Below the pieces are notes generated by a model that was given only the letters and a program-made list of their open reading frames with translations, did not search any database and was not told where the DNA came from. A stretch of 64,000 bases of DNA from Carpediemonas membranifera BICM (Eukaryota; Protista; Fornicata): contig JAHDYR010000062.1 of the NCBI GenBank assembly GCA_019828565.1, positions 669,666-733,665 on the forward strand, given 5' to 3'. The stretch's first letter is position 1, and every line of letters starts with the position of its first letter. This document shows positions 1 to 11,258 of the stretch, piece by piece. The position numbers were made by a program, and so were the translations under genes.

Positions 1-2
1 CC

Positions 3-2720
3 GCTGCAGCTCAGCTGACCGCTCTCCTGCTGACAATCAGCGCCGGGTACGTGTTAGACCCTATTGCGGTCCTCGGATCGCTCGCTGATTCACTCAATCT
101 CACAGTAGATCTCGACGATACGGACCCGACCACCCCACAACCGCTCATCAACGCCCTTCACAGTGCACTGGTGACATCCGTGGTCAAGGGCGTCGGGGTC
201 CTCGTCGACGATCCCACCTCAGGCCCCATCTATGGCCGCGTGCTGACGCTGCTCCACCTCATCGACGTCTACGGCATGACAGGACCGTCCCGGCCCCTTC
301 TGTCCGAGCTCTTCGCAGCCCGCTGCCGCCAGCTGTTCGACACGGCCCGGTCGATGCCGTCGACCTATGTGTATGCCCCTACGTCCATTGAGTCCCAGTC
401 GGAGCTGCTGGAGACGGGTCTAGCCACCCATGGCGACAGAGACGGCGATGACTTGGACCATAGCCAGTTCCTCGGGCTTTGGGCATCGGTACGGGCCGCA
501 TACATGGCCGTGGTCTCGGCGCAGTGGTCACAATACGCCGGGATGTCACCAGCAGACCTCATGGAGTGTATCCCACCCTTACTAGAGGCCTGCCGGGACT
601 CATTCCACCCCGCCCTCGTCGACACGCTCGCTAGGGCGGCGGGTGACTTCGTGTTCGGCGTTCTGGCACATGCAGGTATCGAGGAGACGGCCGTCCACGA
701 GGAGCGGCAGATGAAACGGAAGAGAGTGAATAAGACCCTCACTGACGCCCACCTCAATGCCTTCAGGACCCCCAGCAGCCGTGACGTCCGCCTCCATGGC
801 CAGACAGGGTCGGATGCGGGGACCGCACCCCGGCTACACTCTGAGACAAGGACATTGAGCCGGGCCAGCAGCACGGCGTCGATGATAGAGGCCGTCAAGC
901 CCATCCTGGCGTCCCGTAAGGCTGTGAGGGACCTCGTCCACACAGCCCTGCTCGCTGTCATCGGCGGGGCCACGTACAGCGGCAAGAGGGGCGGGGGAAT
1001 CCCCATAGCAATGGCCCAGATCATATCGGCCGAATTCAGGGCGGTGAGTGCCGGGTTTGGCAAGGCGGTGCCGGTGTCATGGGGGCAGCTGTCTCTCAGG
1101 GACCAGTCGCAGTACTGCGCGGACACGTATCCGATCACATTCTCACTGTGGCGTTGGCTGGAGCACTTTATGCCCGCTGATGTCCGCTCGACCCCGCTGC
1201 CCCAGCCGGTGAAGTGGGACACGGACATGGCCCCGCCTCAGGGCATCGACTGCAACGCCGCGACAGTCACTCTGCTGAATATGGCGGAGACAGCGCTGCA
1301 GAACGCTGATCTGAGGGTGATGCTCACTCCCTTCCACGAGCGGCTTCTGCTGCTGGCCCTGCAGACGTCTGGACATCCGTCCTTCATCCTCAGAAACGCT
1401 GCATGCTCGGCGTTGAAGTGGATATCGCCCCAGATCCTGTATCCCGGCATCACATTCCCTGCCATGGAGAAGCGCTGGCCGTGGTTTACCAAGGAGGCCC
1501 TGACCGCGCTGAGGACGTGCCCGGTTGGGTTCACGCCCGTCGCTGCGCTGCTTCTGCTGGGGACGCTCAGCCGGCACACCTCAGCGCCGACGGACTCGCA
1601 CGTGCCGACGGACATGACCATTGACCTCCTGGCCCACCCCCGCATTCATATCAGATCCCTGACCGCGAAGGCCCTCCCAGCCCTGCTGACAACCTCCCAA
1701 TGGGCCGTCCTACTGCAGCAGATGGCCCGGTCGCTGAGGGTGGCATGCCCCCGCAACGCCCTGCATGGGAGCATCCTCACTGGCATCAGTGCACTGGGCG
1801 AGACCAAGGTCATCGAGGCCGCGCTGCCCAGACTCTACCCGATGCTGCCCGGCATCATCGCACTCGGCATCGACTCGGCCTGCCCAGTGGTCACCCCTGC
1901 AGCACTGACCCTCGCCCTGAAGGCGTTGGTCAAGGGAAAACCCACACCTGAGACTGTGAACGCCGTTGTCAAGGTTGTGGTCGAGCGGCTCTCCAAGCAC
2001 CGCTCCGTGGTGCTGTGGGACATCCTCCTCCAGTGTCTGAAGAAGCCGAGCGCGGAGACTATCGATATCGTCCACAAGACCTGCGGCCTACGCGGTGCCC
2101 CTTCCTATGACGCTGTCGCCATTGCACTGCTGACTGATGGTCTCAACGATCTCGTCCTCACAGAATCTGGATTCGGATTCCCTCGAACCGATGAGTCTGC
2201 AGAGATTGGACTTACGCTTATTAGGAACGAGGTTCCATTCCAGCTATACGCGAATGCCGGTCTCGACACCCACCCCAAGGTCCTCGAACGTCTGGCGGTC
2301 TTAAAGTGCCCATCAGTCCTCAAGATCGACTCTCTGCCGCATGACCCGACGCCAAAGCACCTTGATGCCGTGCTGGACACTGTGCTGGGCTCAGACCCGA
2401 CTGACACCAGCATGCTGAGCGTCTTCACATTGGCAGGTCAGCTTGTGAACTTCGGGCTGTACGGGGGCAGCGGCGGTGTAGCCCGCATTGAGCTATTGGC
2501 CACAATTCACCGCAGACTGGAGCAGCTGCCGATCAGAGCGGATGAATTGATTGAGAGCATCGAGCAGACTGTCCTTGACCTTGCGCTTAGCATCGAGACC
2601 CCCACCCCTGCTATCGTCCACAGCCTGGCAAGCGTGTTCCACCTATCGACACCATTAGTGCCGCAACTCATCAAGCGGCTGAGGGCCCAGAAGATCGAGG
2701 AGATGACCCTTGATACATGA
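3..2720 (+). CDS. THADA: THADA/Trm732-like armadillo-repeat protein (DUF2428), 5'-partial
   Basis: The frame is open from the window start. SGKRGGGIP resembles the THADA RRSAGLP motif, and TLLNMAETALQNADL...PSFILRNAA resembles VHALNILRALF...WAVRNSS. Confidence 0.7.
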   Translation, partial: AAAQLTALLLTISAGYVLDPIAVLGSLADSLNLTVDLDDTDPTTPQPLINALHSALVTSVVKGVGVLVDDPTSGPIYGRVLTLLHLIDVYGMTGPSRPLLSELFAARCRQLFDTARSMPSTYVYAPTSIESQSELLETGLATHGDRDGDDLDHSQFLGLWASVRAAYMAVVSAQWSQYAGMSPADLMECIPPLLEACRDSFHPALVDTLARAAGDFVFGVLAHAGIEETAVHEERQMKRKRVNKTLTDAHLNAFRTPSSRDVRLHGQTGSDAGTAPRLHSETRTLSRASSTASMIEAVKPILASRKAVRDLVHTALLAVIGGATYSGKRGGGIPIAMAQIISAEFRAVSAGFGKAVPVSWGQLSLRDQSQYCADTYPITFSLWRWLEHFMPADVRSTPLPQPVKWDTDMAPPQGIDCNAATVTLLNMAETALQNADLRVMLTPFHERLLLLALQTSGHPSFILRNAACSALKWISPQILYPGITFPAMEKRWPWFTKEALTALRTCPVGFTPVAALLLLGTLSRHTSAPTDSHVPTDMTIDLLAHPRIHIRSLTAKALPALLTTSQWAVLLQQMARSLRVACPRNALHGSILTGISALGETKVIEAALPRLYPMLPGIIALGIDSACPVVTPAALTLALKALVKGKPTPETVNAVVKVVVERLSKHRSVVLWDILLQCLKKPSAETIDIVHKTCGLRGAPSYDAVAIALLTDGLNDLVLTESGFGFPRTDESAEIGLTLIRNEVPFQLYANAGLDTHPKVLERLAVLKCPSVLKIDSLPHDPTPKHLDAVLDTVLGSDPTDTSMLSVFTLAGQLVNFGLYGGSGGVARIELLATIHRRLEQLPIRADELIESIEQTVLDLALSIETPTPAIVHSLASVFHLSTPLVPQLIKRLRAQKIEEMTLDT

Positions 2721-2896
2721 TAAATTAGCAGTTTTATGCCAGTATCGTCTAATCACAAGAAGTGATGGGCATGGACTATATGTGGTCCTATACGAGCCTT
2801 GTCTGATCGATGGTCTGTTGCGCGGTGTGGGCACATTTTTCGAACCTCCCAGACAGGGCCTGAAAGGAACGATCAAAGTGCCAAACTGAACAACAT

Positions 2897-2961
2897 CATC
2901 CGTCCGTAGACGAATGTTGGCGGTTAGCCAATTGATGATACTGGAATGATGTTTGAAGACG
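2897..2961 (-). ncRNA. Candidate omegaRNA scaffold, copy A
   Basis: Two adjacent hairpins, UUGGC-UAACC-GCCAA (2917-2931) and CAUUCGUC-UACG-GACGGAUG (2897-2916), overlap the ORF end. The block is homologous to 61620-61692. Confidence 0.6.
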
Positions 2962-3547
2962 TGGGATCAATGTGCGACTGAACGGAGAGCCACTGAGCTC
3001 ATCTTCCGTGGCAAGAGAACGCCACAGGATGTTCTCTGCAGCACTCTTGTCCCGATGATCAACATTCAGAGCATCAGGAACTGTTGCGCGCCACTGAGCA
3101 CCACGGCACTGTTGATTTTCGCAGAGCATCACACGATGTGGGTGAACGTGCTGGTCATCACGCGGACGAACTCGCTTGTAGGGGGCGTGGCAGTGAGGGC
3201 AGACGACGGTGGTGCGATCCTCGTTAACCATGTTAAGATCGACGACAAGGTTATGCCCTTGAGAAGGGGAACTATCTCTCTCGCGAACTTTCGATATGGC
3301 GCAAGGAATGAGCATACCAGCAGGCGTGGTGAATCCCGAGCTCCCGTAGAAGACTTTCAGGCGAATGGGGGTGGCGATGGGATGGTGGCGACCGAACTCC
3401 CGAGCCAACTGTTGGCCGCAGCGGGCGAAGTGCTTCTGGCGAAGGATGTGGTTCGCAAAGCGCACTCGGCGGAAAGACTTACGCATTCCAGCCTCGAAAA
3501 TGTCGTTCGCGTTGTCCAGCACAAACCTAATAGAGTTGTTGATACTC

Positions 3548-3562
3548 AGGTAAGGTAAGGTA
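3548..3562 (+). repeat. (TAAGG)n short tract at the Fanzor A deletion junction
   Basis: AGGTAAGGTAAGGTA lies exactly where homology to copy B begins. Confidence 0.7.
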
Positions 3563-4001
3563 GTCTCCACATCGGCGGAGTGTCGAGCGACTGCACGATG
3601 GCCGCGTAGGCCTGACCCGGATGACCGCCGCGTACATGAGTGAGCAGTCCTTTGTGGAAGTCGGTGTCATGTAGGGGGAGTTGCCGGCGCTGCGCATAGC
3701 ATTCAACCGCGAGCCGGGCCAGCAGGCATGAGTAGAGATATTTTGCTGCGGCGTAATCCCCCACTCTCCGTTCTTCGGTGTAGTTCTGTCTGAAAGCTTG
3801 CTTGGGGTTGATGATCGTATATATCTCCATCTTGTTGCAGCTGATCATAGATGAAGATGACATATACGAGCCGACGATGAACACCATTACCAGCATATAC
3901 AAGTGTAGAAGTGAATTTAATGTGGAATAGAAGACAATGAGACGACGTGTGAGCGATTGTGATGTTTGCAGTCTTATCCTGCGAAACAGCAATCAACTTT
4001 A

Positions 4002-5696
4002 ATGAGCGTCCTGGATGTTCCCAGGCCAATCTATGGGTCTCTAACATCGTATATATCCGATGTGAACCGTTCATTTGCGAGCGAGGCATATTCATCCCGT
4101 GCTTTCACGATACCATCGCCAGGTAGCCTGGCACTCGATCAACACGGCGTTTGGAACACTGAAACCGTCGCGATGCATGTTAACATTAACAAGACAATCT
4201 CAAAGGAGCTTCATGCAATGATTGCAACGATTCTGTCTCAATGGCCGCCTGCCTCAAGCTCAACCGAGAACGGTGTTTTCACGCCAATTGTCAAGCAACA
4301 CACTGTCGAATTACCGCATGAGACCACTCTGCTCGATGCGCTCAATACATCCAATCTCACAGCGCTCCGAGCCCTTTTGAACACTTCCAATGTCAACACT
4401 CCATTACAACCGACGCAGCGGCGTCCACTGACGATAGCATGCGGTTTGGGCGATATAGATGCAGTGCACGTAATATTAGACCACAATAATGTGATAATTG
4501 ATGCTTTAGACGGCACCGACACACCCTTGCTCGCCGCCATAAGGGGACGGCATCCCCTCGTTGTTTCTGAGCTGCTGTACAGAGGCGCAAACCCAGCATT
4601 CCAGACTAGTGATGGCGTGAGTCCAATTTTGGTGGCTTGTGACGTCGGGAGTCTGTCAATCCTGCAGATGCTGGTGCACTACGGGGCTGACCTCAATCGC
4701 CGTGACAAGAGTGGTCAAGGAGTGCTTCACCGTGCTGCATTACACGGCAACATGGACTTGCTGACATATCTGGTGACTAAGGGCCTCAGCCATGTGCCTG
4801 ATGCGGATGGCCAGACGCCAGCCGACCTGGCTCGCGAGAAGGGACGTGGCCCGGTCGCTGCATACCTCACACGACACCAGCACAGTAGTCGCCGCTTGTT
4901 CTACGCGGTAACCACTCGTATACCACTCGCATGCGCCCTCTTTTTCTTTTTTCTTTCCGGCATGCTGGCATCTTCTTGGACGGCTGGGATATCAGCCCAC
5001 TGGCTGGTGCTGCTTGCCTTCATATTCCCCCCGACCCTTGCCACAGGCGTCCTGGTCAGCGTCGTCCTCAGTGACCCTGGCACAGTCAAGACCCAGGCTG
5101 TTCCTCCAGACAGCCTGCATTCTCCGGCATTTTGTCTCACGTGTCATTGTATCAAACCCAAGCGGTCAAAGCACTGTAAGGTGTGTGGGCACTGTGTTGA
5201 TACGTTTGACCATCACTGCATATGGATCGGATCCTGTGTTGGGGCTGCCAATCGACGCCGATTCATCGCTCTCCTGGCCGCTATTATTGTGTGTCAGCTC
5301 CAGTGTATCGCTACGTTACCGGCGCTTCTTCTGGCCCCTTCGTTCTTCGGGATCCCGATCCAGTACCGTAGTCCGCTGTGGACGCTAGTTCACCTACTTG
5401 CCAGACGTCCGGCTGTCCCAGTGATGGCTGTGATATGCTTGCTCTCGCTCTACACTACTGTTGGTCTGATTGTTTTCCAGGGAAAGAATATCACTCAGAA
5501 TTTGACCACGAATGAGCGCATCAACATGAGACGGTACAAATACCTACAAGGCCAGTCCAACGCATTCCACAACCCGTTTGACCGCGGCTGTGTGGGTAAT
5601 ACCCGGGAGTTCTTCTTGTCAAAGTCAACAAGATCAGAAAAGGTAGAAATAGATTTAGTCTCGATCCAGGGCAATAAGGGTGCACAGCTCATCTAG
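4002..5696 (+). CDS. Ankyrin-repeat DHHC palmitoyltransferase (Akr1/ZDHHC17-like)
   Basis: Ankyrin repeats (TPLLAAIRG, SPILVAC, VLHRAALHG), transmembrane helices, the motif CLTCHCIKPKRSKHCKVCGHCVDTFDHHCIWIGSCVG, and TTNE and NPFDRG motifs. Confidence 0.95.
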   Translation: MSVLDVPRPIYGSLTSYISDVNRSFASEAYSSRAFTIPSPGSLALDQHGVWNTETVAMHVNINKTISKELHAMIATILSQWPPASSSTENGVFTPIVKQHTVELPHETTLLDALNTSNLTALRALLNTSNVNTPLQPTQRRPLTIACGLGDIDAVHVILDHNNVIIDALDGTDTPLLAAIRGRHPLVVSELLYRGANPAFQTSDGVSPILVACDVGSLSILQMLVHYGADLNRRDKSGQGVLHRAALHGNMDLLTYLVTKGLSHVPDADGQTPADLAREKGRGPVAAYLTRHQHSSRRLFYAVTTRIPLACALFFFFLSGMLASSWTAGISAHWLVLLAFIFPPTLATGVLVSVVLSDPGTVKTQAVPPDSLHSPAFCLTCHCIKPKRSKHCKVCGHCVDTFDHHCIWIGSCVGAANRRRFIALLAAIIVCQLQCIATLPALLLAPSFFGIPIQYRSPLWTLVHLLARRPAVPVMAVICLLSLYTTVGLIVFQGKNITQNLTTNERINMRRYKYLQGQSNAFHNPFDRGCVGNTREFFLSKSTRSEKVEIDLVSIQGNKGAQLI

Positions 5697-5823
5697 GGGC
5701 TATCTTCAGTAGTGATGACCGTAAATGCCATATCATTCACGGGTCAATGAATCCAAAAATCTCTTTTTCCCAAAACCTTACCAAAAAAAACAACAAATTC
5801 ACACCGCAACCGAAAGACGACAG

Positions 5824-8800
5824 ATGCTGCCACTAAGCATCACCGTTTGTATCATTAGTGCGTTGTTTGCATATTCAATGCAATATGTGACGCTTTCAAG
5901 CTCCTCATTCACGATCGCTGAAACGGACACCATATCACTCTCCTACGTCAATGCAATCGACATTGCTGGTGACTTCTGCGTTGTCGGATGCAAGGAAACC
6001 GGTTATGCTCATTTCTTGAAGCGTGGCAGCACATCTTGGGAGTACATCGAGCCTCACAACTGGTCCAAGGACTATGGATCCTCGGTGGCTGTGTCGAAGA
6101 ACGGGCACATCGCCGTAGGGTATCCAGGGTGGGACAGCAGCACTGGGATGATATATGTATACACGTATGCGGCCGGGTCTGGCTGGTCTGGCGGGACTGG
6201 TGTCAAGTCGGACGACCCGCAAACTTATGATTCCTTCGGGAGCGCCGTGGCCTTCTCAGGCGATAACCTCTACGTCGGGGCAGCCAATGAAGATAAGAGT
6301 GAGATATTCCCGACCGGGCATGACATGGGTCGTTTCTACTACTACGACCTCCCTGGAGGTCCCAGATTCAGGACCGCGACGACCTACGACGATGATGGAA
6401 ATGTCCACCTCGGCAATGCCATATCGTGTGACAAGTACGTCTCTGGTGGATATTGTATCGTCGGTGGAGAGGGCAAAGACACCCAGAATCCGGCTGGCCG
6501 AGCTTATATCACGGGCCAAGGCTGGACTGATCAGTACGCAGAGCTTCGGAAGAGCGGGTTGTACTACGGGAAGGATGTAGCCATTGATGGCGAGACTGCC
6601 ATTGTCATGGCTAATGATTTCATCGACGTCTACTTCACCTTTCGCTCTTCATCAACCTACCGTATCAACAATCTCCCGACTAACCCAGCTTCGGTTGCTA
6701 TTGCAGGCGCACTCGTTGCAGTTGGTCTCCCCTCGTCAAGTGCAGTTTATGTCTACCTTTTGACTGCGTCGAGCTTGACTCTGCTAACCACGAAGACAGG
6801 CCCGACATCATTCGGGACCTCCGTGTCTCTCTACGCCGATGATTCAGCCATCTCCACCCTCGCGGTGGCCAGCAACAGTGCTGCCTATTTCTACGCAATT
6901 GTCAGCCAGGAGGGGTACGCTGGCTCTGTCAGATCTGGCTTTGGCGCTTGTTATGACGGCAAGTACGCAGATAGCCTCGGCAATACAGCATGTACAGCAG
7001 CTTCTGCTGGGTACTATGTGCTGAATGATGGTTCGGCGCACTCGGCACAGGTGGCCTGCAACAGCGGCAAGTACCAGCCAAACAGTGGTCAGAACTCCTG
7101 CCTGACATGCGAGTCAGGCTTCTTCGTCCCAGCCGACGGCCAACCCCACGAGACGCAGACGCCCTGCGAAAACGGCAAGTACTCTGCGGAATCCGGCCAG
7201 TCTGGCTGCACCACCGCGACAGCCGGCCACTACGTTCCCGCCGACGGCGAGGGCCACGCTGCCCAAACCAGCTGCTCCGCGGGCACCTACCAACCGGACG
7301 CCGGCCAGGCCAACTGCATCGACGCGGGCCTTGGCCACTTCGTCGCCGCCGAGGAGGCCACCACCCAAGACGTGTGCGTGGCGGGAACCTTCGCGAACGA
7401 CACCGGCCTTACCTCGTGCTACTCCGCGAACGCCGGCTACTACGTGCCTGACAGCACAGCATCCTCGGAAACGGCCTGCGACACCGGCACGTATCAGCCT
7501 AAGATGGGGCAGACTGGCTGCGTTGACGCGCCCATCGGAGGCTTCGTCAGCGATACCGCCGCAACCGCCTACGCGAACTGCACGGCGGGAAAGTTCCAGA
7601 ACGAGACGGGCAAGGCCAGCTGCTACATCGCCGAGGCCGGCTACTACGTGGCTGACTTCGACCACAGCCGGCAGAGGGTCTGCGCCAACGGAGCCTACCA
7701 GCCGCTAGCCGGCCAGAGCGCGTGTGAAAAGACAAAGGCGGGTTACTACGTGCCCGACGACAGCCAGCCACACGCCGCCCAGCTCGTGTGCGACAGCGGT
7801 AAGTTCCAGCCCAGTGAGGGCAGGCCGCCTGCGCCATCGCAGACGCCGGCTACCACGTCCCGGCCGACGGCGACGCGCACACTGTCCAGGTCGTCTGCGA
7901 CAACGGCCACTACCAGCCCGCCCAGGGACAGGCGTCCTGCGTCGAGTCTGACGTCGGCTACTTCGTGCCAGACGACGGCCAGCCGCACACAGCGCAGACC
8001 GCCTGCGACTCTGGCAAGTTCGCCGTCGCCGGGTCCAGCAGCTGCGCGGCATCCCAGAAGGGCTTCCGCACCTCGCCTGACGGGTCGACCCAGATCCCCT
8101 GCAACGACGGCAAGTACCAGCCCGAGGCCGGCCAGGATGAGTGCCTCGTTGCAGAGGCCGGCTTCTTCGTCTCAGCCGACGGCCAACCCCACGAGACGCA
8201 GACGCCCTGCGAAAACGGCAAGTACTCTGCGGAATCCGGCCAGTCTGGCTGCACCACCGCGACAGCCGGCCACTACGTTCCCGCCGACGGCGAGGGCCAC
8301 GCTGCCCAAACCAGCTGCTCCGCGGGCACCTACCAACCGGACGCCGGCCAGGCCAACTGCATCGACGCGGGCCTTGGCCACTTCGTCGCCGCCGAGGAGG
8401 CCACCACCCAAGACGTGTGCGTGGCGGGAACCTTCGCGAACGACACCGGCCTTACCTCGTGCTACTCCGCGAACGCCGGCTACTACGTGCCTGACAGCAC
8501 AGCATCCTCGGAAACGGCCTGCGACACCGGCACGTATCAGCCTAAGATGGGGCAGACTGGCTGCGTTGACGCGCCCATCGGAGGCTTCGTCAGCGATACC
8601 GCCGCAACCGCCTACGCGAACTGCACGGCGGGAAAGTTCCAGAACGAGACGGGCAAGGCCAGCTGCTACATCGCCGAGGCCGGCTACTACGTGGCTGACT
8701 TCGACCACAGCCGGCAGAGGGTCTGCGCCAACGGAGCCTACCAGCCGCTAGCCGGCCAGAGCGCGTGTGAAAAGACAAAGGCGGGTTACTACGTGCCCGA

Positions 8801-10880
8801 CGACAGCCAGCCACACGCCGCCCAGCTCGTGTGCGACAGCGGTAAGTTCCAGCCCAGTGAGGGGCAGGCCGCCTGCGCCATCGCAGACGCCGGCTACCAC
8901 GTCCCGGCCGACGGCGACGCGCACACTGTCCAGGTCGTCTGCGACAACGGCCACTACCAGCCCGCCCAGGGACAGGCGTCCTGCGTCGAGTCTGACGTCG
9001 GCTACTTCGTGCCAGACGACGGCCAGCCGCACACAGCGCAGACCGCCTGCGACTCTGGCAAGTTCGCCGTCGCCGGGTCCAGCAGCTGCGCGGCATCCCA
9101 GAAGGGCTTCCGCACCTCGCCTGACGGGTCGACCCAGATCCCCTGCAACGACGGCAAGTACCAGCCCGAGGAGGATCAAAGCAGCTGTCTCACGAGTGAC
9201 GCCGGATACTATGTCCCGGCAGACGCTGAGGGCCACGAAACGCAGCTTAAGTGCCACGCCGGCCACTTCTCCAACGCGACGGGCCTGGCCGGCTGTTTCC
9301 AGAGCGAGCCCGGCTACTACGTGCCTGACGACTCCGAGCCCCACATTGTCCCGCTCGAGTGCAGCGCAGGGACTTACCAGCCAGGCGCCGCCGCGGCCTC
9401 TTGTCTCGACTGCGCCGTGTCGACCTACTCGCTCGGCGCGGCTTCCGAGTGCACAACTACACCGGTCGGACACTACTCGCCCAATACGTCTGTTGTGATC
9501 CCGTGCGAGCTGGGCTACTATCAGGTCGCCGCCGGACAGCTTGCTTGCAACACTGCAAGGCCAGGCCACTTTACGAACACGACAGGGCAGGCGAGGATGC
9601 ATGCGTGCCTGCCTGGTACCTCCCAGCCGCTCTTCGGCCAGACCAGCTGTGTCGCTTGCGAGCCCGGCACGTACGCTAGCGCCCCCGCGGCACGGAGCTG
9701 CGAGATTTGCGCAGCCGGTTTCTACTCGTCCGACGGCGTCACCGTGCACCCCTGCCCCGACGGCGAGTTCCAGCCCTCCGCCGGCCAGAGCTCGTGCATG
9801 CAAGCGGAGGCCGGCTTCTTCGCCTCGCCGCGCCACACCGCGCAGCTCCCGTGCGACAATGGCCGCTTCCAGAACTCGACCGGTCATGCATCATGCCAGT
9901 TCTGCCCGCGCCGATCAAGCACCCCCACCGACGGCCAGCCCCATACCGAATGTGTGGTCTTCATCCCGCCCGAGGTCTCCGTCAACGTGACGCGGGCTGT
10001 AACAGTTGCTACCGGCTCAATGAACATGACGGTCGACTCTGCCTCGTTCGGCGACTCGGGAGACTCCTGCGAGGTCATCCAGGTCGAGGACGGGTCGACA
10101 CTGATCGTGCCGATCGTCTCGCGCGACACGTTGACCGCCGGAAACTACACCGCCACGATCAAGTTGTCCGATGGGACGACCGAGAACGTCACGGTTGAGT
10201 TCGAGGAGGATTACTCGATCCAGGCGCCCAGCACGATGCTCAGCCGGACAGTAGTCACTGCCATCGTTAGTGGATCAGTGTGCCCGAGCTCGATCGCCAG
10301 TGCCGTCGGCAGCGTCAACCTCACGTCGGTCGAGCCGACACCAGAAGGCGTGGTCGAGTGCAAGGCGTCCACGACCGTGTCGATCGATGACATCAACGCG
10401 ATATTCGCCCCCGAGCTGCGAGTCGAAAACGGCCGCTTCTGCCTCACCATCTCGAACGGCGCATTCTCTGCGGCCGACGGTGTCGTCTTTGTGGTCAACG
10501 GCGCCGTGTTCAGCAGCCTCGTCCTGGAGGCCGGCCAGGTTTGCTCGACGACTGCCGCGGCCCGGTCAACTGAGGGCGTCAACATCTTCGTCCTCGTCGA
10601 CAACCAGATCCTCTTGTCGTCCGTCATCGAGCTGGAGGCCGACCCTTCTCCATTCCTATCGGATACGACGATCATTGTTCTTGGGTCAGTCGCTATCGTA
10701 TTCCTGCTAAGCGCCATGGTTGCTTCCATCATATGCTTTGTCTTCATTGCGGCCGTTGCCGTATGCTGTACGCCAGGTCTGACATATTGGCGGTTCAAGG
10801 GGATGGGGCGGAAGCAATCTTTAGAGGAGGGGCCTAGGTTCACATGGACGGTCCCAACACCCAAGTATATCACGTACTAA
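5824..10880 (+). CDS. Large Cys-rich type I membrane protein (FG-GAP-like N-terminus, GCC2/GCC3-type CxxGxYQ repeats, C-terminal TM), split by a 1-nt frameshift near 7819
   Basis: Signal peptide MLPLSITVCIISALFA, FGSAVA repeats, many CxxGxYQP..GQxxC repeats and a TM segment IIVLGSVAIVFLLSAMV. The run is GGG at 7818-7820 but GGGG at 8861-8864 in the duplicated unit. Confidence 0.85.
7130..9171 (+). repeat. Near-identical intragenic tandem duplication, period 1043/1044 nt
   Basis: 7130-8127 matches 8173-9171 apart from one G indel. Confidence 0.9.
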
Positions 10881-11258
10881 CTGTAAAACAGAGTTGAACT
10901 CACATTCATTGCTTTGCCGTTTGAGACTTGGATGAGTCAACCGCGTCCGGACATCCCAATCAGCCCGATCAAACTAGCCTGTGATGGAGTTTCCACCTCA
11001 CATGAGAACAGCGCTCGGTCACTGACGGCACGGTGATGGTGGCCAGGTATGTCGAGTCCCTCAGCTGTCGACTTCACCAGAAGCACACCGGCTTTGACAT
11101 TCATGTGCTTCAGGGGTAAGTGGAGAGCATGTGCACATCGGGGTGGGTTAGAGGCTCGTGAAGTGTCGCGACACCCAAGAACGGGAAAGACGAGAACGTG
11201 AATTGAACAAATTCCGTGTTTCACTGTGGCCTCTGACACGATACCTCACTCACACAGA

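Larger units (their letters stand above)
2896..3830 (-). pseudogene. Fanzor1-like nuclease copy A, internally deleted: N-terminal fragment ~3570-3830 plus C-terminal RuvC-II/ZnF/RuvC-III fragment 2896-~3547
   Basis: The C-terminal part has VFYGSS, VNEDRTT, CPHC..CENQQC and HRDKSAAENI, and aligns with copy B (NSIRFVL..IFEAGMRKSFRR..NHILRQKHF). The upstream frame YLYSCLLARLAVECYAQRRQLPLHDTDFHKGLL resembles a Fanzor1 N-terminus. RuvC-I (DPG) is absent. Confidence 0.8.

Noticed and set aside
7130-9171. Long repeats as a CRISPR array or mobile element
   Set aside because: They are in-frame coding repeats of a Cys-rich protein, with no repeat-spacer pattern.
11118-11127. AAGTGGAGAG match to the putative Fanzor B guide
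   Set aside because: A 10-nt match is plausible by chance in 64 kb on two strands, and it does not extend.
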